Shown here: positions 1 through 9,252 of the stretch, piece after piece
How positions within the stretch are numbered: the first letter of the stretch is position 1
Layout: each line of letters begins with the position of its first letter
Origin: an uncultured delta proteobacterium
GTDB lineage: Bacteria > Myxococcota > Myxococcia > Myxococcales > Myxococcaceae
Length of the DNA: 64,000 nucleotides
Assembly: GCA_963796055.1 (NCBI GenBank)
Contig: CAWCKH010000004.1
Span: forward strand, 224,001-288,000
Direction: 5' to 3'
The notes under the pieces: generated by a model
Database searches by the model: none
Told to the model about the DNA's origin: nothing
The model's input: the letters and a program-made list of their open reading frames with translations, nothing else
Translations under genes and position numbers: made by a program

Positions 1-1
1 C

Positions 2-343
2 CTGGGTTCCGATCTGAAGCTGCCCGGGTCGCTGTTCGTCCTCGTCGTCGCCGCCTGGCTGATCACGGTTTCACATCTGGTGGAGGTCCTGGCCTGGGCC
101 AGCTTCATTCGCTGGAAGGGTGCGATGCCGAACGCGAGCATGGCGTACTACCTCGCGCTCCTCGACTACACGACCCTCGGCTGCGAGTACGACCTGCCCG
201 CGAACTGGCGGCTCCTCGAGGGGATGATCGCCATTTCCGGTCTCATGACCTTCGCCTGGTCGACCGGTGTGCTCTTCGCACTGGCACAGGAGTTCCAGGC
301 GCGCGAGCTCCAACGTGGTGAGCCCGGCGCTTCACGAGGGTGA
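2..343 (+). CDS. Ion channel (Ion_trans_2-like) small membrane protein, 5' end outside window
   Basis: Frame open from position 2; hydrophobic helices, pore-like YTTLG and WRLLEGMIAISGLMTFAWSTG typical of small K-channel-like proteins. Confidence 0.7.
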   Translation: MGSDLKLPGSLFVLVVAAWLITVSHLVEVLAWASFIRWKGAMPNASMAYYLALLDYTTLGCEYDLPANWRLLEGMIAISGLMTFAWSTGVLFALAQEFQARELQRGEPGASRG

Positions 344-413
344 CTCCGGTCCCCGGAGACCAGAGGGCCGTTCGCCCGCCTTCGCGAAACGCTGCCCAGG
401 CGGGGTGTGCCGG

Positions 414-1334
414 TCAGGGTGCCCGAGGGTGATACAGGAACTTCTCGGGGCGGACGCCGCCGTCCTTCAGACCGATGAGGACCCAGGATTCGAGGCCTTC
501 CTGAGTCCTCCGGTAGCTCATGCCGTCGAGGTAAAGCGCCCCGGGCGCGGTCCGGACCAGGTGGAAATCGACGGTCTTGTCCTTCGGCTCCCAGCCACGC
601 AGGTCCGGAGCGAAGTGCTTGAGCTGGACGGCCAGCGATTGCCCGGCTTCCACCAGGGTGACGATCTCGAAGACGCTGACCCGGCCGTCGCGCATCCCGC
701 GGTAGACACTGGCCATGTTGCCGGCGAGCGGGGCGAGCCAGGCTTCCTCGGACGTTCCGCCCAGACCGCTACCGACCCAGTCGCCCTCGAGCCAGGCACC
801 GGCGTTGATCCGCGCGGGGGGCGGAGCACTGCCCGGACTCGCCTGCATGACGGGTTCGCCCTGGGGAGGCGCGGAAACGATGGAGGCTCCCGGGCTGGCG
901 ACCCGGGACATCCGGACGCTCAACAGGCCCGCGACGAGCTCGAGCCCCGTCCCGCGCCGGGCGACACGGGCCTTCTCGAAGCGAATCTCGGTAGGGCTGA
1001 TGGATTGGAGCTGCTGCGGGCGGGGAGCGTCCTGAGACTCGCGACCTCGAAGGGCGCTGTCGAAGAGCTTCGATCGCAGGACCAGCGACCCGGCCTCCTC
1101 GCTCACATAGGCCAGCGCGTGGGTAGTGACCTGGCCTCCGCGAACCCGGCGAAACACGCCGACCATGCCTCCGCCCGAGGGTGGAAGCATGAAGGCATCG
1201 ATCCGGTCGTTCGGGGTGCCTTCTCCGCGCCACTGGCCGGCGAGCCAGGCGATCTGGTCGATGCGGGCGGCGGGAGGCGCAGCGCTCGCGCTGACCGCCA
1301 GCAAGGAGCACAAGACGCCCATGCATCGGTCCAT
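414..1334 (-). CDS. Secreted protein with two tandem DUF6265-like domains
   Basis: Signal-like N-terminus; repeated IAWLAGQWRG / GAWLEGDWVG starts and LKHF motif; start codon uncertain. Confidence 0.6.
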   Translation of the reverse strand: MDRCMGVLCSLLAVSASAAPPAARIDQIAWLAGQWRGEGTPNDRIDAFMLPPSGGGMVGVFRRVRGGQVTTHALAYVSEEAGSLVLRSKLFDSALRGRESQDAPRPQQLQSISPTEIRFEKARVARRGTGLELVAGLLSVRMSRVASPGASIVSAPPQGEPVMQASPGSAPPPARINAGAWLEGDWVGSGLGGTSEEAWLAPLAGNMASVYRGMRDGRVSVFEIVTLVEAGQSLAVQLKHFAPDLRGWEPKDKTVDFHLVRTAPGALYLDGMSYRRTQEGLESWVLIGLKDGGVRPEKFLYHPRAP

Positions 1335-1560
1335 GGGCGGCGATGATTCCCGGAAAGCGGGCGGCGGACCACACCGGAAGCGACGGCAGTTCAGCGCTCG
1401 GCGCTCGCTTCGGCCTGGTGACCTTGCTTCGTCAGACCGGAATTTGCCATCCACCCCGAAGAAAGCGACCGCAGCGTGCAGCCGCCGACCGGTCTCGCCG
1501 GTCTTCCAGGTGAGGATCGACTGGAGTTCGCCGCAGCGGAACGCGTGGACCGACGCCGAC

Positions 1561-1586
1561 TGTAAGAGCCCCGCCGGCCCCGCGTC
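1561..1586 (+). promoter_or_regulatory. Putative ECF sigma promoter TGTAAG-N16-CGTC
   Basis: Same motif and spacing repeated at 1759-1784; CGTC is a common ECF -10 element; ATG follows at 1598. Confidence 0.5.
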
Positions 1587-1758
1587 TTTCGCGGCCGATG
1601 AGCCGCGCCCTGGTCCCATCTCTCGTTCTCGGCGTCCTCTGTCTTGCGGGCCACGTGCGCCCGCGCCTCATGGACGATCCCGAGCTGCTCGACGCAGCAC
1701 CCCGGCGGGCGTGGACCCGTGGGGGGAGCCTCGGTCCGGGCTGCCTTTGCCCGCGGGG

Positions 1759-1784
1759 TGTAATGCCCGGGCGGCCTCTGCGTC
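1759..1784 (+). promoter_or_regulatory. Putative ECF sigma promoter TGTAAT-N16-CGTC upstream of the Cys-rich peptide
   Basis: About 55 nt upstream of ATG 1840; duplicate motif at 1561. Confidence 0.55.
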
Positions 1785-1839
1785 GGCAGGCGGTGACAGC
1801 GGGCAACAGCGCCTGCTGCACCCCAGGAGAAGAGACCCC

Positions 1840-1980
1840 ATGCCGTCCACGAACGAGTGCCGTTGCGAGAAGAGGTCCTGTGGCTGCAACCCCACCGAGC
1901 CCTGTCGCTGCAGTGGGCTCTGTCGGTGCCAGAAGGGCTGCGAGTGCGGGAGCGGTTGCGCCTGCACCCCGGCGAAGTAG
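1840..1980 (+). CDS. Metallothionein-like Cys-rich peptide (46 aa, six CxC motifs)
   Basis: MPSTNECRCEKRSCGCNPTEPCRCSGLCRCQKGCECGSGCACTPAK; AGGAG RBS-like sequence upstream; adjacent to metal-type ECF sigma. Confidence 0.75.
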   Translation: MPSTNECRCEKRSCGCNPTEPCRCSGLCRCQKGCECGSGCACTPAK

Positions 1981-2027
1981 CCCAACCCCGGTCCGGCGCG
2001 GAGACACGAGAACGTGCCTCCCGCGCC

Positions 2028-2603
2028 TCATCCCTCACCGTGCACGCAGCCGGTGGAGCCGGGCTCGCCGCAGGTGCAGTCCACGCAGCCACGCTCGGCG
2101 CACGACCCGCACCAGCGCACGACGCGCTTCCGCAGGGTCTCGCGCGCCCGGAACAGGCGCACCGCGGCGTTGTTCGGGGTGATGCCCGCCTCGGAGGCGA
2201 ATGCCTGGACCGAGAGCCCATCGACCTCCACCCGGCGCAGCGCCAGCGCGTACTCGGACTTGAGGGTCTCGGAAAGCCGCGACACACAGCGGCAGACGGC
2301 GTCACGCTCGTCCGGGCTGGGCTCCCGGGTGTCGTGCTCCAGCTCCCGCTGAGGTGAGCTCAGCCCGCGGTCGCTCACGCCCATCCGCCGGTAGTGGTCG
2401 ATCACCCCGTTGCGGAGCACCCGGTAGAACCACGCGGTGACGCTTTCCTCGCGCTCGAGCGGGACCTTGTCCAGGCTCCGGGCGAACGATTCTTGAAGGA
2501 GGTCCTCGGCGGTCTCGCGGTGCCCCACCCGCCGCTCCAGGAACGAGAGAAAGGACCGGCGGTTCTCCGCCATCACCGCGACCAGCTCATTGCGAGTAGG
2601 CAT
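2028..2603 (-). CDS. ECF sigma factor, CorE-like, with CxC linker and C-terminal Cys-rich domain
   Basis: sigma2 (AEDLLQESF, WFYRVLRNGVIDHYR) and sigma4 (VRLFRARETLR); CRC between domains; CGSCAERGCVDCTC tail. Confidence 0.85.
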   Translation of the reverse strand: MPTRNELVAVMAENRRSFLSFLERRVGHRETAEDLLQESFARSLDKVPLEREESVTAWFYRVLRNGVIDHYRRMGVSDRGLSSPQRELEHDTREPSPDERDAVCRCVSRLSETLKSEYALALRRVEVDGLSVQAFASEAGITPNNAAVRLFRARETLRKRVVRWCGSCAERGCVDCTCGEPGSTGCVHGEG

Positions 2604-2618
2604 GTGCTTGTCCCGGGC

Positions 2619-2908
2619 TCAGCGATCTGCAACGGCCGCCCGGGGGTAGGGCCGGGCGGGAAGTCGGGAACGGCGCAACAGCCAGGCGAGGCACGCCGCC
2701 GCAGTGACGTCGTAGGCGAGGCAGAATGGCGGCCACCAGAAAGCCATGACCCACCAATGCCGCGGCAACGAGCCAGAGGCTGGATCGGAAGCCGACGATG
2801 GAGAGGACGATGAAGCCCAGCATGATCGACGCCTCGATTCCGAGCGCCCGCGTGGATTCCCCCATGATTGCGAACAGGCCGTAATACGAAGCGATGAAGT
2901 AGGGCATG
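2619..2908 (-). pseudogene. Fragment of a membrane protein
   Basis: Hydrophobic segment IASYYGLFAI...WLVAAALVGHG with frame break. Confidence 0.35.
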
Positions 2909-3247
2909 GCTCCCTCCCGCGATCCAGGGTGAGCAAGCTCACTTCGCATCTCTTTGCAGGTCAGTACCGCGCACCGGCCCCGCTCGCCGGGTGAGCTGCG
3001 CGTGCAGGCGCTTCCCTGGCACGGAGTGCGGTCAGAACGCAGCGCCCCGGGCGAAGACCAGAGGCGTGTCCGGCCCTGCCTCCCTCGTCCAGCGAACAGA
3101 CGCACCGGCTCAACGTCGTCAGATCCACGGGGCCGCCGGGACCAGCGTCGCCGGACAGGCTCAAATTCCGCGGAGTCGCGGCAGACGACCAGGGCCTGGA
3201 CGTGGTGCTGAACCACCTCCGCGGGCTGGCCGCGCCCGAGCGCTGAA

Positions 3248-3430
3248 TCAGTGGCTCTTCGGCGGGGCTTCGCTGGAGGCTGCCGCGACGAGCAGGCCTT
3301 CCATCTTCGCGTCGAGGGAGGCGGCGATCTCGAGCGCCTCCGGGTTCCCGTAGGGTCGGAGGAAGCTGACCATCCGATCGTAGGTGAGGTGGACGCCGTC
3401 GGGGCGCTCGTCGATGAGGATGGTGACGGG
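3248..3430 (-). pseudogene. C-terminal fragment of DUF302-like protein
   Basis: PVTILIDERPDGVHLTYDRMVSFL...ASLDAKME; 5' part missing, abuts a nuclease-gene repeat. Confidence 0.55.
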
Positions 3431-3461
3431 TGGTGCTAACAGCCGAGGCCCGCGGGAAAAT

Positions 3462-3522
3462 CCGCCGGCGCTCCACGCGCCCACCATGGCCCCGGGCCCA
3501 TCCGTCGGCCCGTCCGCCCAGG
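3462..3522 (-). repeat. Partial copy of 3' region of nuclease gene 32503-34290
   Basis: ggcgctccacgcgcccaccatggcccc...ccatccgtcggcccgtccgcccagg matches ~32625-32687 (WADGPTDG.GAMVGAWSA). Confidence 0.85.
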
Positions 3523-3572
3523 GGCACGGATTCGCGACTGTTTGCATCCGGCCCGTGGTACGACCTTCGTCC

Positions 3573-4946
3573 GTGTCGGAGCGCGTCCCCGCCGCTGCCC
3601 ACGGCGATCTGTCCAGGATCCCGGCGACGCTCACCTGGCCCGGAGCGCTCCGCTTCTGGACCGTCGCCCTGCTCACCGGAGTCTCGGCAGGGGCGGCGGC
3701 CATCGTCCTCACCCGACTGCTGGAGTGGGTCCAGCGGCTGGTTTGGGGCGGCGAGGGCAGGGAGATTCTCGAGGTGGCCTCGCAAGCCAGCCCCTCCCGG
3801 CACCTCCTGGCGCTGGCCGGGGGAGGGGTGGTCACCGGTCTCGGTCAGCTGGTGCTGGTGCGTCTCACCAGCGGCAACAGCATCGACATCACCTCGGCCA
3901 TCTGGTTCTCGGCCGGGCGCCTCCCCAAGCTGCGGACCCTGGGCACCGCGACGCTCTCCGAGGTCATCGTGGGAATGGGCGCTTCTCTCGGCCGGGAGGG
4001 TGGACCCAAGCAGGCGGCGGCGGTCGCGGCGAACGTCTTCTCCGATCTCGGGTCGCTGTCCGACGAGCAGCGGCGGTTGCTGGTGGCCTGCGGCGCCGGC
4101 GCGGGGATGGCGGCGGCGTACGGAGTGCCGCTGGGTGGCGCGATCTTCGCGCTCGAGGTGCTCCGCGGAACCCTCGCCCTGCGCCTCATCCTGCCGGCAC
4201 TGTTCACCTCGGTGGTGGCCTCGGCCGTCTCCTGGGCCGTGCTGCCCAATGCGCCGACCTACCACCTGCCGACGTACCCCAGCTCTCCGGCGTGGCTGCT
4301 GCTGGCACTGCTCATCGGCCCCTTCGCGGGGCTCGCCTCGGTTGCCTACGTCCGGGCCGTGGCCTGGGCGGACCGGCGCAAGCCCACCGGCACGCGCCGG
4401 CTGTTCGAGCCGATCCTTGCGCTCGGTGTCCTGGGCGCCGTGTCCATCCCCTTCCCCCAGCTGCTGGGGAACGGCAGGGACGTGTCCGAGCTGCTCTTCA
4501 ACGGGGCTCTCACCTCCACGCTTCTCCTGCTGGCGCTGGTGGTGCTGAAGCCCCTGGCGACCATCCTGTGCCTCGGGAGCGGCGCGCCGGGCGGGCTCTT
4601 CACCCCCTCGCTCACCTTCGGCGCGCTCCTCGGAGCAGTGCTGGGGTCCCTCGGAGCCCACCTGGTCCCAGGGGTGCCGGTGGGCCTCGCTGCGCTCCTC
4701 GGGGCGGCCGGGGTCCTCGCGGCCACGACCCAGGGGCCAATCTCCGCCACGGTCCTGATGATGGAGCTGTCGGACCGGGACCGCTCTGTCATCGCCCCTC
4801 TGCTCCTGGCGGTGATCAGCGCGACGCTCGTCTCGCGCACCATCGAGGCGCGGAGCATCTACGACGCCCGTCTGAGCGACGAACAGGTCCAGGCCAAGCT
4901 GGCCGGACGGAACCAGGCCGCCGATCCGTCGGCTCAGAGCCGCTAG
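3573..4946 (+). CDS. CLC family chloride channel/transporter
   Basis: GASLGREG, GAGAGMAAAYGVPLGG and GAPGGLFTP motifs; many TM helices; start approximate. Confidence 0.9.
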   Translation: MSERVPAAAHGDLSRIPATLTWPGALRFWTVALLTGVSAGAAAIVLTRLLEWVQRLVWGGEGREILEVASQASPSRHLLALAGGGVVTGLGQLVLVRLTSGNSIDITSAIWFSAGRLPKLRTLGTATLSEVIVGMGASLGREGGPKQAAAVAANVFSDLGSLSDEQRRLLVACGAGAGMAAAYGVPLGGAIFALEVLRGTLALRLILPALFTSVVASAVSWAVLPNAPTYHLPTYPSSPAWLLLALLIGPFAGLASVAYVRAVAWADRRKPTGTRRLFEPILALGVLGAVSIPFPQLLGNGRDVSELLFNGALTSTLLLLALVVLKPLATILCLGSGAPGGLFTPSLTFGALLGAVLGSLGAHLVPGVPVGLAALLGAAGVLAATTQGPISATVLMMELSDRDRSVIAPLLLAVISATLVSRTIEARSIYDARLSDEQVQAKLAGRNQAADPSAQSR

Positions 4947-5011
4947 GGAGACGGAGGGAGGGCCGGCGCGGAGGCCGAATCCTCGGCCGTTCTCTCTGGC
5001 TCTGACACAAC

Positions 5012-5236
5012 GTGAACCAGGATCGGCGAAAGGAAGGGAACCAGCTGCTCGGCCTCGGGCTGGGCGTGGGGGCGTGGGGAGCGGCAACCGGCATGCTGCT
5101 CGGTGCGGTGTGCCCGCTGTGCGTGGTGGCCGCTCCGGCGTTGGTCGGCGCGGGTCTGTTCCGTCGCTGGCAGGCCGGCCGCCCGGAGTGCCCGTCCGGA
5201 GAGGGACCGGCCAGGGAGGACCGAACGAATGTCTGA
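5012..5236 (+). CDS. Small membrane protein with CPLC motif
   Basis: Two hydrophobic segments around VCPLCVV; overlaps start of next gene. Confidence 0.55.
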   Translation: MNQDRRKEGNQLLGLGLGVGAWGAATGMLLGAVCPLCVVAAPALVGAGLFRRWQAGRPECPSGEGPAREDRTNV

Positions 5237-5630
5237 GACTTTCACCGTCAGCTTCCCTGGGGGCAAGCGGGTGGACGCACAGATGGGTCTGCACCGCATC
5301 GCGACCGACCAGCCGCGCGCCGCCGGCGGCGACGACTCGGCCCCGGCCCCCTTTTCGCTGTTCCTCGCGTCCATCGGAACCTGCGCCGGCATCTACGTCC
5401 TCTCCTTCTGCCAGGCCCGGGGCATTGATCCGACCGGCATCACCCTCACCCAGCGATCGGTCCGCGATCGCGAGACCGGCACGCTCCGGGGCGTGGAAAT
5501 CGACATCCACGTGCCGGAAGCCTTCCCATCGCAATACCGCGACGCGCTCGTCCGGGCCGCATCGAACTGCGCGGTCAAGAAGGTCATCGCCGCACAGCCC
5601 GAGTTCCGCATCGCCGTGACCAGCCCCTGA
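5229..5630 (+). CDS. OsmC family protein
   Basis: TDQP..GG...AP, FLASIGTCAG and conserved second Cys (NCAVKK); GGAGG RBS. Confidence 0.85.
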   Translation: MSETFTVSFPGGKRVDAQMGLHRIATDQPRAAGGDDSAPAPFSLFLASIGTCAGIYVLSFCQARGIDPTGITLTQRSVRDRETGTLRGVEIDIHVPEAFPSQYRDALVRAASNCAVKKVIAAQPEFRIAVTSP

Positions 5631-5739
5631 GTCCAGGCCCGAGGCAGCGGATGCTCGCGGCCCGTTCGGCAGCTCCCTTGTGAGCATGCGTGCGTCGTGA
5701 CAAGAGGTCCCGGAGACGACGAGAGCGAGGTGGTCGGGC

Positions 5740-6555
5740 ATGAATGCGAGCGAAGGGGCCGCCGGCGAGACGCCCTTTGTCCTGCGGCGGGACGACGGCG
5801 GAGTGGTGACCCTGACCCTGAATCGGGGCGAACGATTCAATCCGCTGTCGACCGCGATGATCGCGGCGCTGGAAAGGGAGCTCGACGCGCTCAGGGCGGA
5901 CCGCACCGCGCGCATCGTCGTCCTCGCCGGTGCGGGGAGGGGTTTCTGCGCCGGCCACGACCTCAAGGAGATGCGCGTGCATAGCGCCGACAAGTCGTGG
6001 CAGCAGAAGCTCTTTGCGGATGCCAGCCGGATGATGGTCAAGATGACCGAGATCCCCCAGCCAATCATCGCCCGCGTACACGGCATCGCCACGGCGGCGG
6101 GCTGCCAGCTCGTGTCCATGTGTGATCTGGCGGTGGCGTCGGACGAGGCGCGCTTTGCGCTGCCCGGGGTGAACGTGGGGATCTTCTGCTCCACCCCCGC
6201 AGTCGGCGTCGCGCGGAACATCGGCCGCAAGCGCGCCCTGGAGATGCTGCTCACGGGCGAGCTGTTCGACGCGCGCACAGCCCTCGGCTGGGGCCTCGTG
6301 AACCGGGTGGTGCCCGCGGCGTCGCTCGACGCGGAGGTGGCACGGCTGGCGAGCATCATCCTGGCCCGAAGCGGGAAGGTCGTCGCGAGGGGGAAGCGCG
6401 CCTTCTACCGGCAGATCGACCAGCCGCTCGAAGGTGCGTATGCGACGACCAGCGAGTCGATGGCATTGAGCATGCTCGAGCCGGACGCAGCCGAGGGAAT
6501 CGACGCGTTCATCGAGAAGCGGCCACCCCGTTGGCCGGAGCGAGGTCCGGAGTAG
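5740..6555 (+). CDS. Enoyl-CoA hydratase family protein
   Basis: LTLNR, FCAGHDLKE, ATAAGCQLV, EGIDAFIEKR. Confidence 0.92.
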   Translation: MNASEGAAGETPFVLRRDDGGVVTLTLNRGERFNPLSTAMIAALERELDALRADRTARIVVLAGAGRGFCAGHDLKEMRVHSADKSWQQKLFADASRMMVKMTEIPQPIIARVHGIATAAGCQLVSMCDLAVASDEARFALPGVNVGIFCSTPAVGVARNIGRKRALEMLLTGELFDARTALGWGLVNRVVPAASLDAEVARLASIILARSGKVVARGKRAFYRQIDQPLEGAYATTSESMALSMLEPDAAEGIDAFIEKRPPRWPERGPE

Positions 6556-6768
6556 CAAGCCGCGGCGGGCAGGCCCGCAACGATGTGGCACGGCCGCCGT
6601 CCTCCGATGAGACGGCTCGCTTCCTCGAAAGGACGCTCCTCCGTGCCTGATCTCCCGATCGCCGCAGCCTGCGCGCTTCCCCGGCCGTGGCCGTCAAAGC
6701 CCGCCTCTGGCGAAGCCATCAGCGGCCGTTCGCCGACTGTCACGCGCGCCCGCGTCAGATGCGCGGCC

Positions 6769-8139
6769 GTGAAGCTCTCCTGGGCCGTCCTCCTGCTCGC
6801 GGGGTGCGGGATGACGATTGGCAAAGGGAACTCGCCGGGGGAGCTGGACTCGATCAACCTCGCACCGTCGCCGGGCTGGCCGGAGGTGATCGCTGTTCGC
6901 AGCGTCCCGGCGTCCTTTCGCACGATGATCACTGCGCTCGAAGTCGATCCGCGCGGGCGGGTGTGGCTCCTCCGCGACGAGCTCTCCAATCCCTCCCAGC
7001 TCGACGGCACGCCGGTGCTCGAACGGTACGCGCCGACGGGGCACCTGGAACGGCGGATCGCCTTCCCGGAGCATTCGAAGGTTTCGAGCTTCGTCATTCA
7101 CCCGAGTGGCGAACTCAGCGTCTTCGTCATGCGCGACGACGATGGCGACCGGCAGTACGGCCTCGAGATCGTGCGCCTGTCGCCTGACGGAGACGCGGTC
7201 GCGACGACGACGTTCGAGGAGATCCCCGGGCCTCGCGAGAACCTGTTCTACGACGAGACCGGCGTCCACGAGCTCCCGGTGGACGGCCCATTCAAGCTTG
7301 GGTGGACCAGCCACGTCGTTGGCGTGCCTCAGGGCGAAGGTCTTTACCTCCTCGCTGAGTGGACGTACGGCTTCAAGCTCTACCGTCTGGACGCCGCGAA
7401 TCGACGCGTATGGGGAGTCCAGGTGATGCCGGCCAACATCGGCGTGGCGTTCCAGTTCTCGCCCTCGCTCGTCGCGCACGACGACGACGCCGTCTACGTG
7501 GTGACGCAGATCTTTCAAGACGACGTACATATCTACGGCGAACACTTCGGGCGCAGCGCCCTCGAGCCCCTGGGCAGCTACGACGCGCTGGTGCAGAGGT
7601 TCGACGCCGACGGGACGTTTGCCGGGGCGCGCCTCTTCGGCGGCGCCGCCGTCGATCACCCGAGTGCGATGACGGTGTACGGTGGCGTGGTCCTCATCGC
7701 CGGTGCGGCGCGGATCACGAAGCACGATGCTCCCAACCGGACGATGGAGTGGGACGTCGCGATCATGCGCGGCCGCGTCGACGAGGCCTCGGCGCTGGAA
7801 TACCGGACGATCGACCTCGCCCGCGACGACTTCGGCTGGGCGCTGGCGCAGACGCCCGACGGCCGTCTCGTCGTGGGCGGCCGGACGGATTACGTGCAGG
7901 TGGACACCAACAGCGAGGTCGAGAACGGGAAGGGGCTCCTCCTCACCCTGGGTCCGGACCTGAGCCGCCAGGCCGTCCTCGAGTTGCCCATGCCGCGTGA
8001 CGTCCAGGTGCGCGCGGCACGCGTGCTCCCGGGCGGAGACGTCGTGCTGGCGGGAACGCGTGACGGCCCACTCACGCACACCGAAACCTCGATGACCCAC
8101 AACGATGGGTTCTGGGGCGTGGCACACGTCGGGCGGTAG
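6769..8139 (+). CDS. Hypothetical lipoprotein, probably beta-propeller
   Basis: Lipobox-like LLLAGC after GTG start; long beta-rich ORF. Confidence 0.6.
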   Translation: MKLSWAVLLLAGCGMTIGKGNSPGELDSINLAPSPGWPEVIAVRSVPASFRTMITALEVDPRGRVWLLRDELSNPSQLDGTPVLERYAPTGHLERRIAFPEHSKVSSFVIHPSGELSVFVMRDDDGDRQYGLEIVRLSPDGDAVATTTFEEIPGPRENLFYDETGVHELPVDGPFKLGWTSHVVGVPQGEGLYLLAEWTYGFKLYRLDAANRRVWGVQVMPANIGVAFQFSPSLVAHDDDAVYVVTQIFQDDVHIYGEHFGRSALEPLGSYDALVQRFDADGTFAGARLFGGAAVDHPSAMTVYGGVVLIAGAARITKHDAPNRTMEWDVAIMRGRVDEASALEYRTIDLARDDFGWALAQTPDGRLVVGGRTDYVQVDTNSEVENGKGLLLTLGPDLSRQAVLELPMPRDVQVRAARVLPGGDVVLAGTRDGPLTHTETSMTHNDGFWGVAHVGR

Positions 8140-8145
8140 CTCCCC

Positions 8146-9087
8146 TCAGGCCGCTCCCCCTCGTGCCACCCCCAAGGGCCAACCTCGTCCGGGCGAAAGC
8201 CAATCACGGCCCAACGCACTCGCTGCAGAAGACTTCTCCGGTGCAGCCTCCTTGCCCTTGCGACTGGCACACGTTTGCCGCCTCGGCCGCGCTCGAGGCC
8301 GAGACGGAGACGTTCTCCAGGTACTGGTTCGAGCTGCAATAAGAGGAGCACCGGTACCGCGTCCCGCCGCCGCCCTCGTCGGCGGGCGTCCCGCAGGATG
8401 CCGAGGCAGCGAGAATGGTCGGGCGGTGGTCAGCCAGGTGACAATCTCCGGAGCCGGCGCCACCCGCCCGAACCCGCGCCCGTCGACCCAGGCAGTCGTG
8501 AGAACGCGCCTGGAGGAGAGCTCCGGGTCAACCTGCGGGACGACGATCGTGGGGTGCGCCCGGAAGAGCTCGGCGAACCGTGTCTGCATTCGGGCTTCGC
8601 GAGCGTAGTCGCACTCGTCCAGTAAACGGGCCCGCGCCTCCTGAATCATCGGCTCGACCCGTGCTCCTGGGTACACGAGCGCGGCGATGCGCCCGCCGAG
8701 CGCCGCCTGTCGAAAGTCGGCGGCGATGGCTCGGTCGATGTCCGGATAGCGGACCTTGACGGCGACCAGGCGTCCATCGGGGAGGCGGGCTCGATGAACC
8801 TGTCCGATGGAGGCCGCGGAGACCGGTATGCGGTCCATTCCGGCGAGGAGCGGAGCCCCCTTGTCCCCGAGGTCGCTGCAGACGACCTCGCAGAGGCGCG
8901 AGAAGGGCATGGGGGGGCTCTGGGTCTGAAGGACCGAGAGCGCGTTCTTGATCTGGGATGGAATCGGAACCTCGACGTAAAGCTGGTCCGGCTGGAGAAG
9001 GCGGACCCCTGGATCGCCAGGCGGCACGGCTGCCGAGCCCGCGCCTGGACCGGTGGGGTGAAGACGACTCGCCCCGAGTTGCATCAA
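8146..9087 (-). pseudogene. Truncated ABC1/AarF/UbiB kinase with chimeric 3' end
   Basis: AASIGQVHRA, VAVKVRYP, ECDY, RVLTT present; catalytic DPHPGN half missing; ends in sequence shared with thioredoxin gene at ~17824. Confidence 0.75.
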
Positions 9088-9252
9088 CCAGCGGTGAGGG
9101 CCGTGAGCCCTAAGTCACGGAAGACATTGAGCAGAGATTTGACGCACCCGCACGCGCGAGCGAGGCGCAAGGAACCCGGAAAGAGACCATGTGGATTCTT
9201 GGCGGTGCTATCCTACCGCGCCCAAAACCAGTTCTCCGGAAGGAGGATGCCA

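Noticed and set aside
2961..6359. 1132-aa minus-strand ORF
   Set aside because: Antisense shadow of the CLC, OsmC and enoyl-CoA hydratase genes in GC-rich DNA
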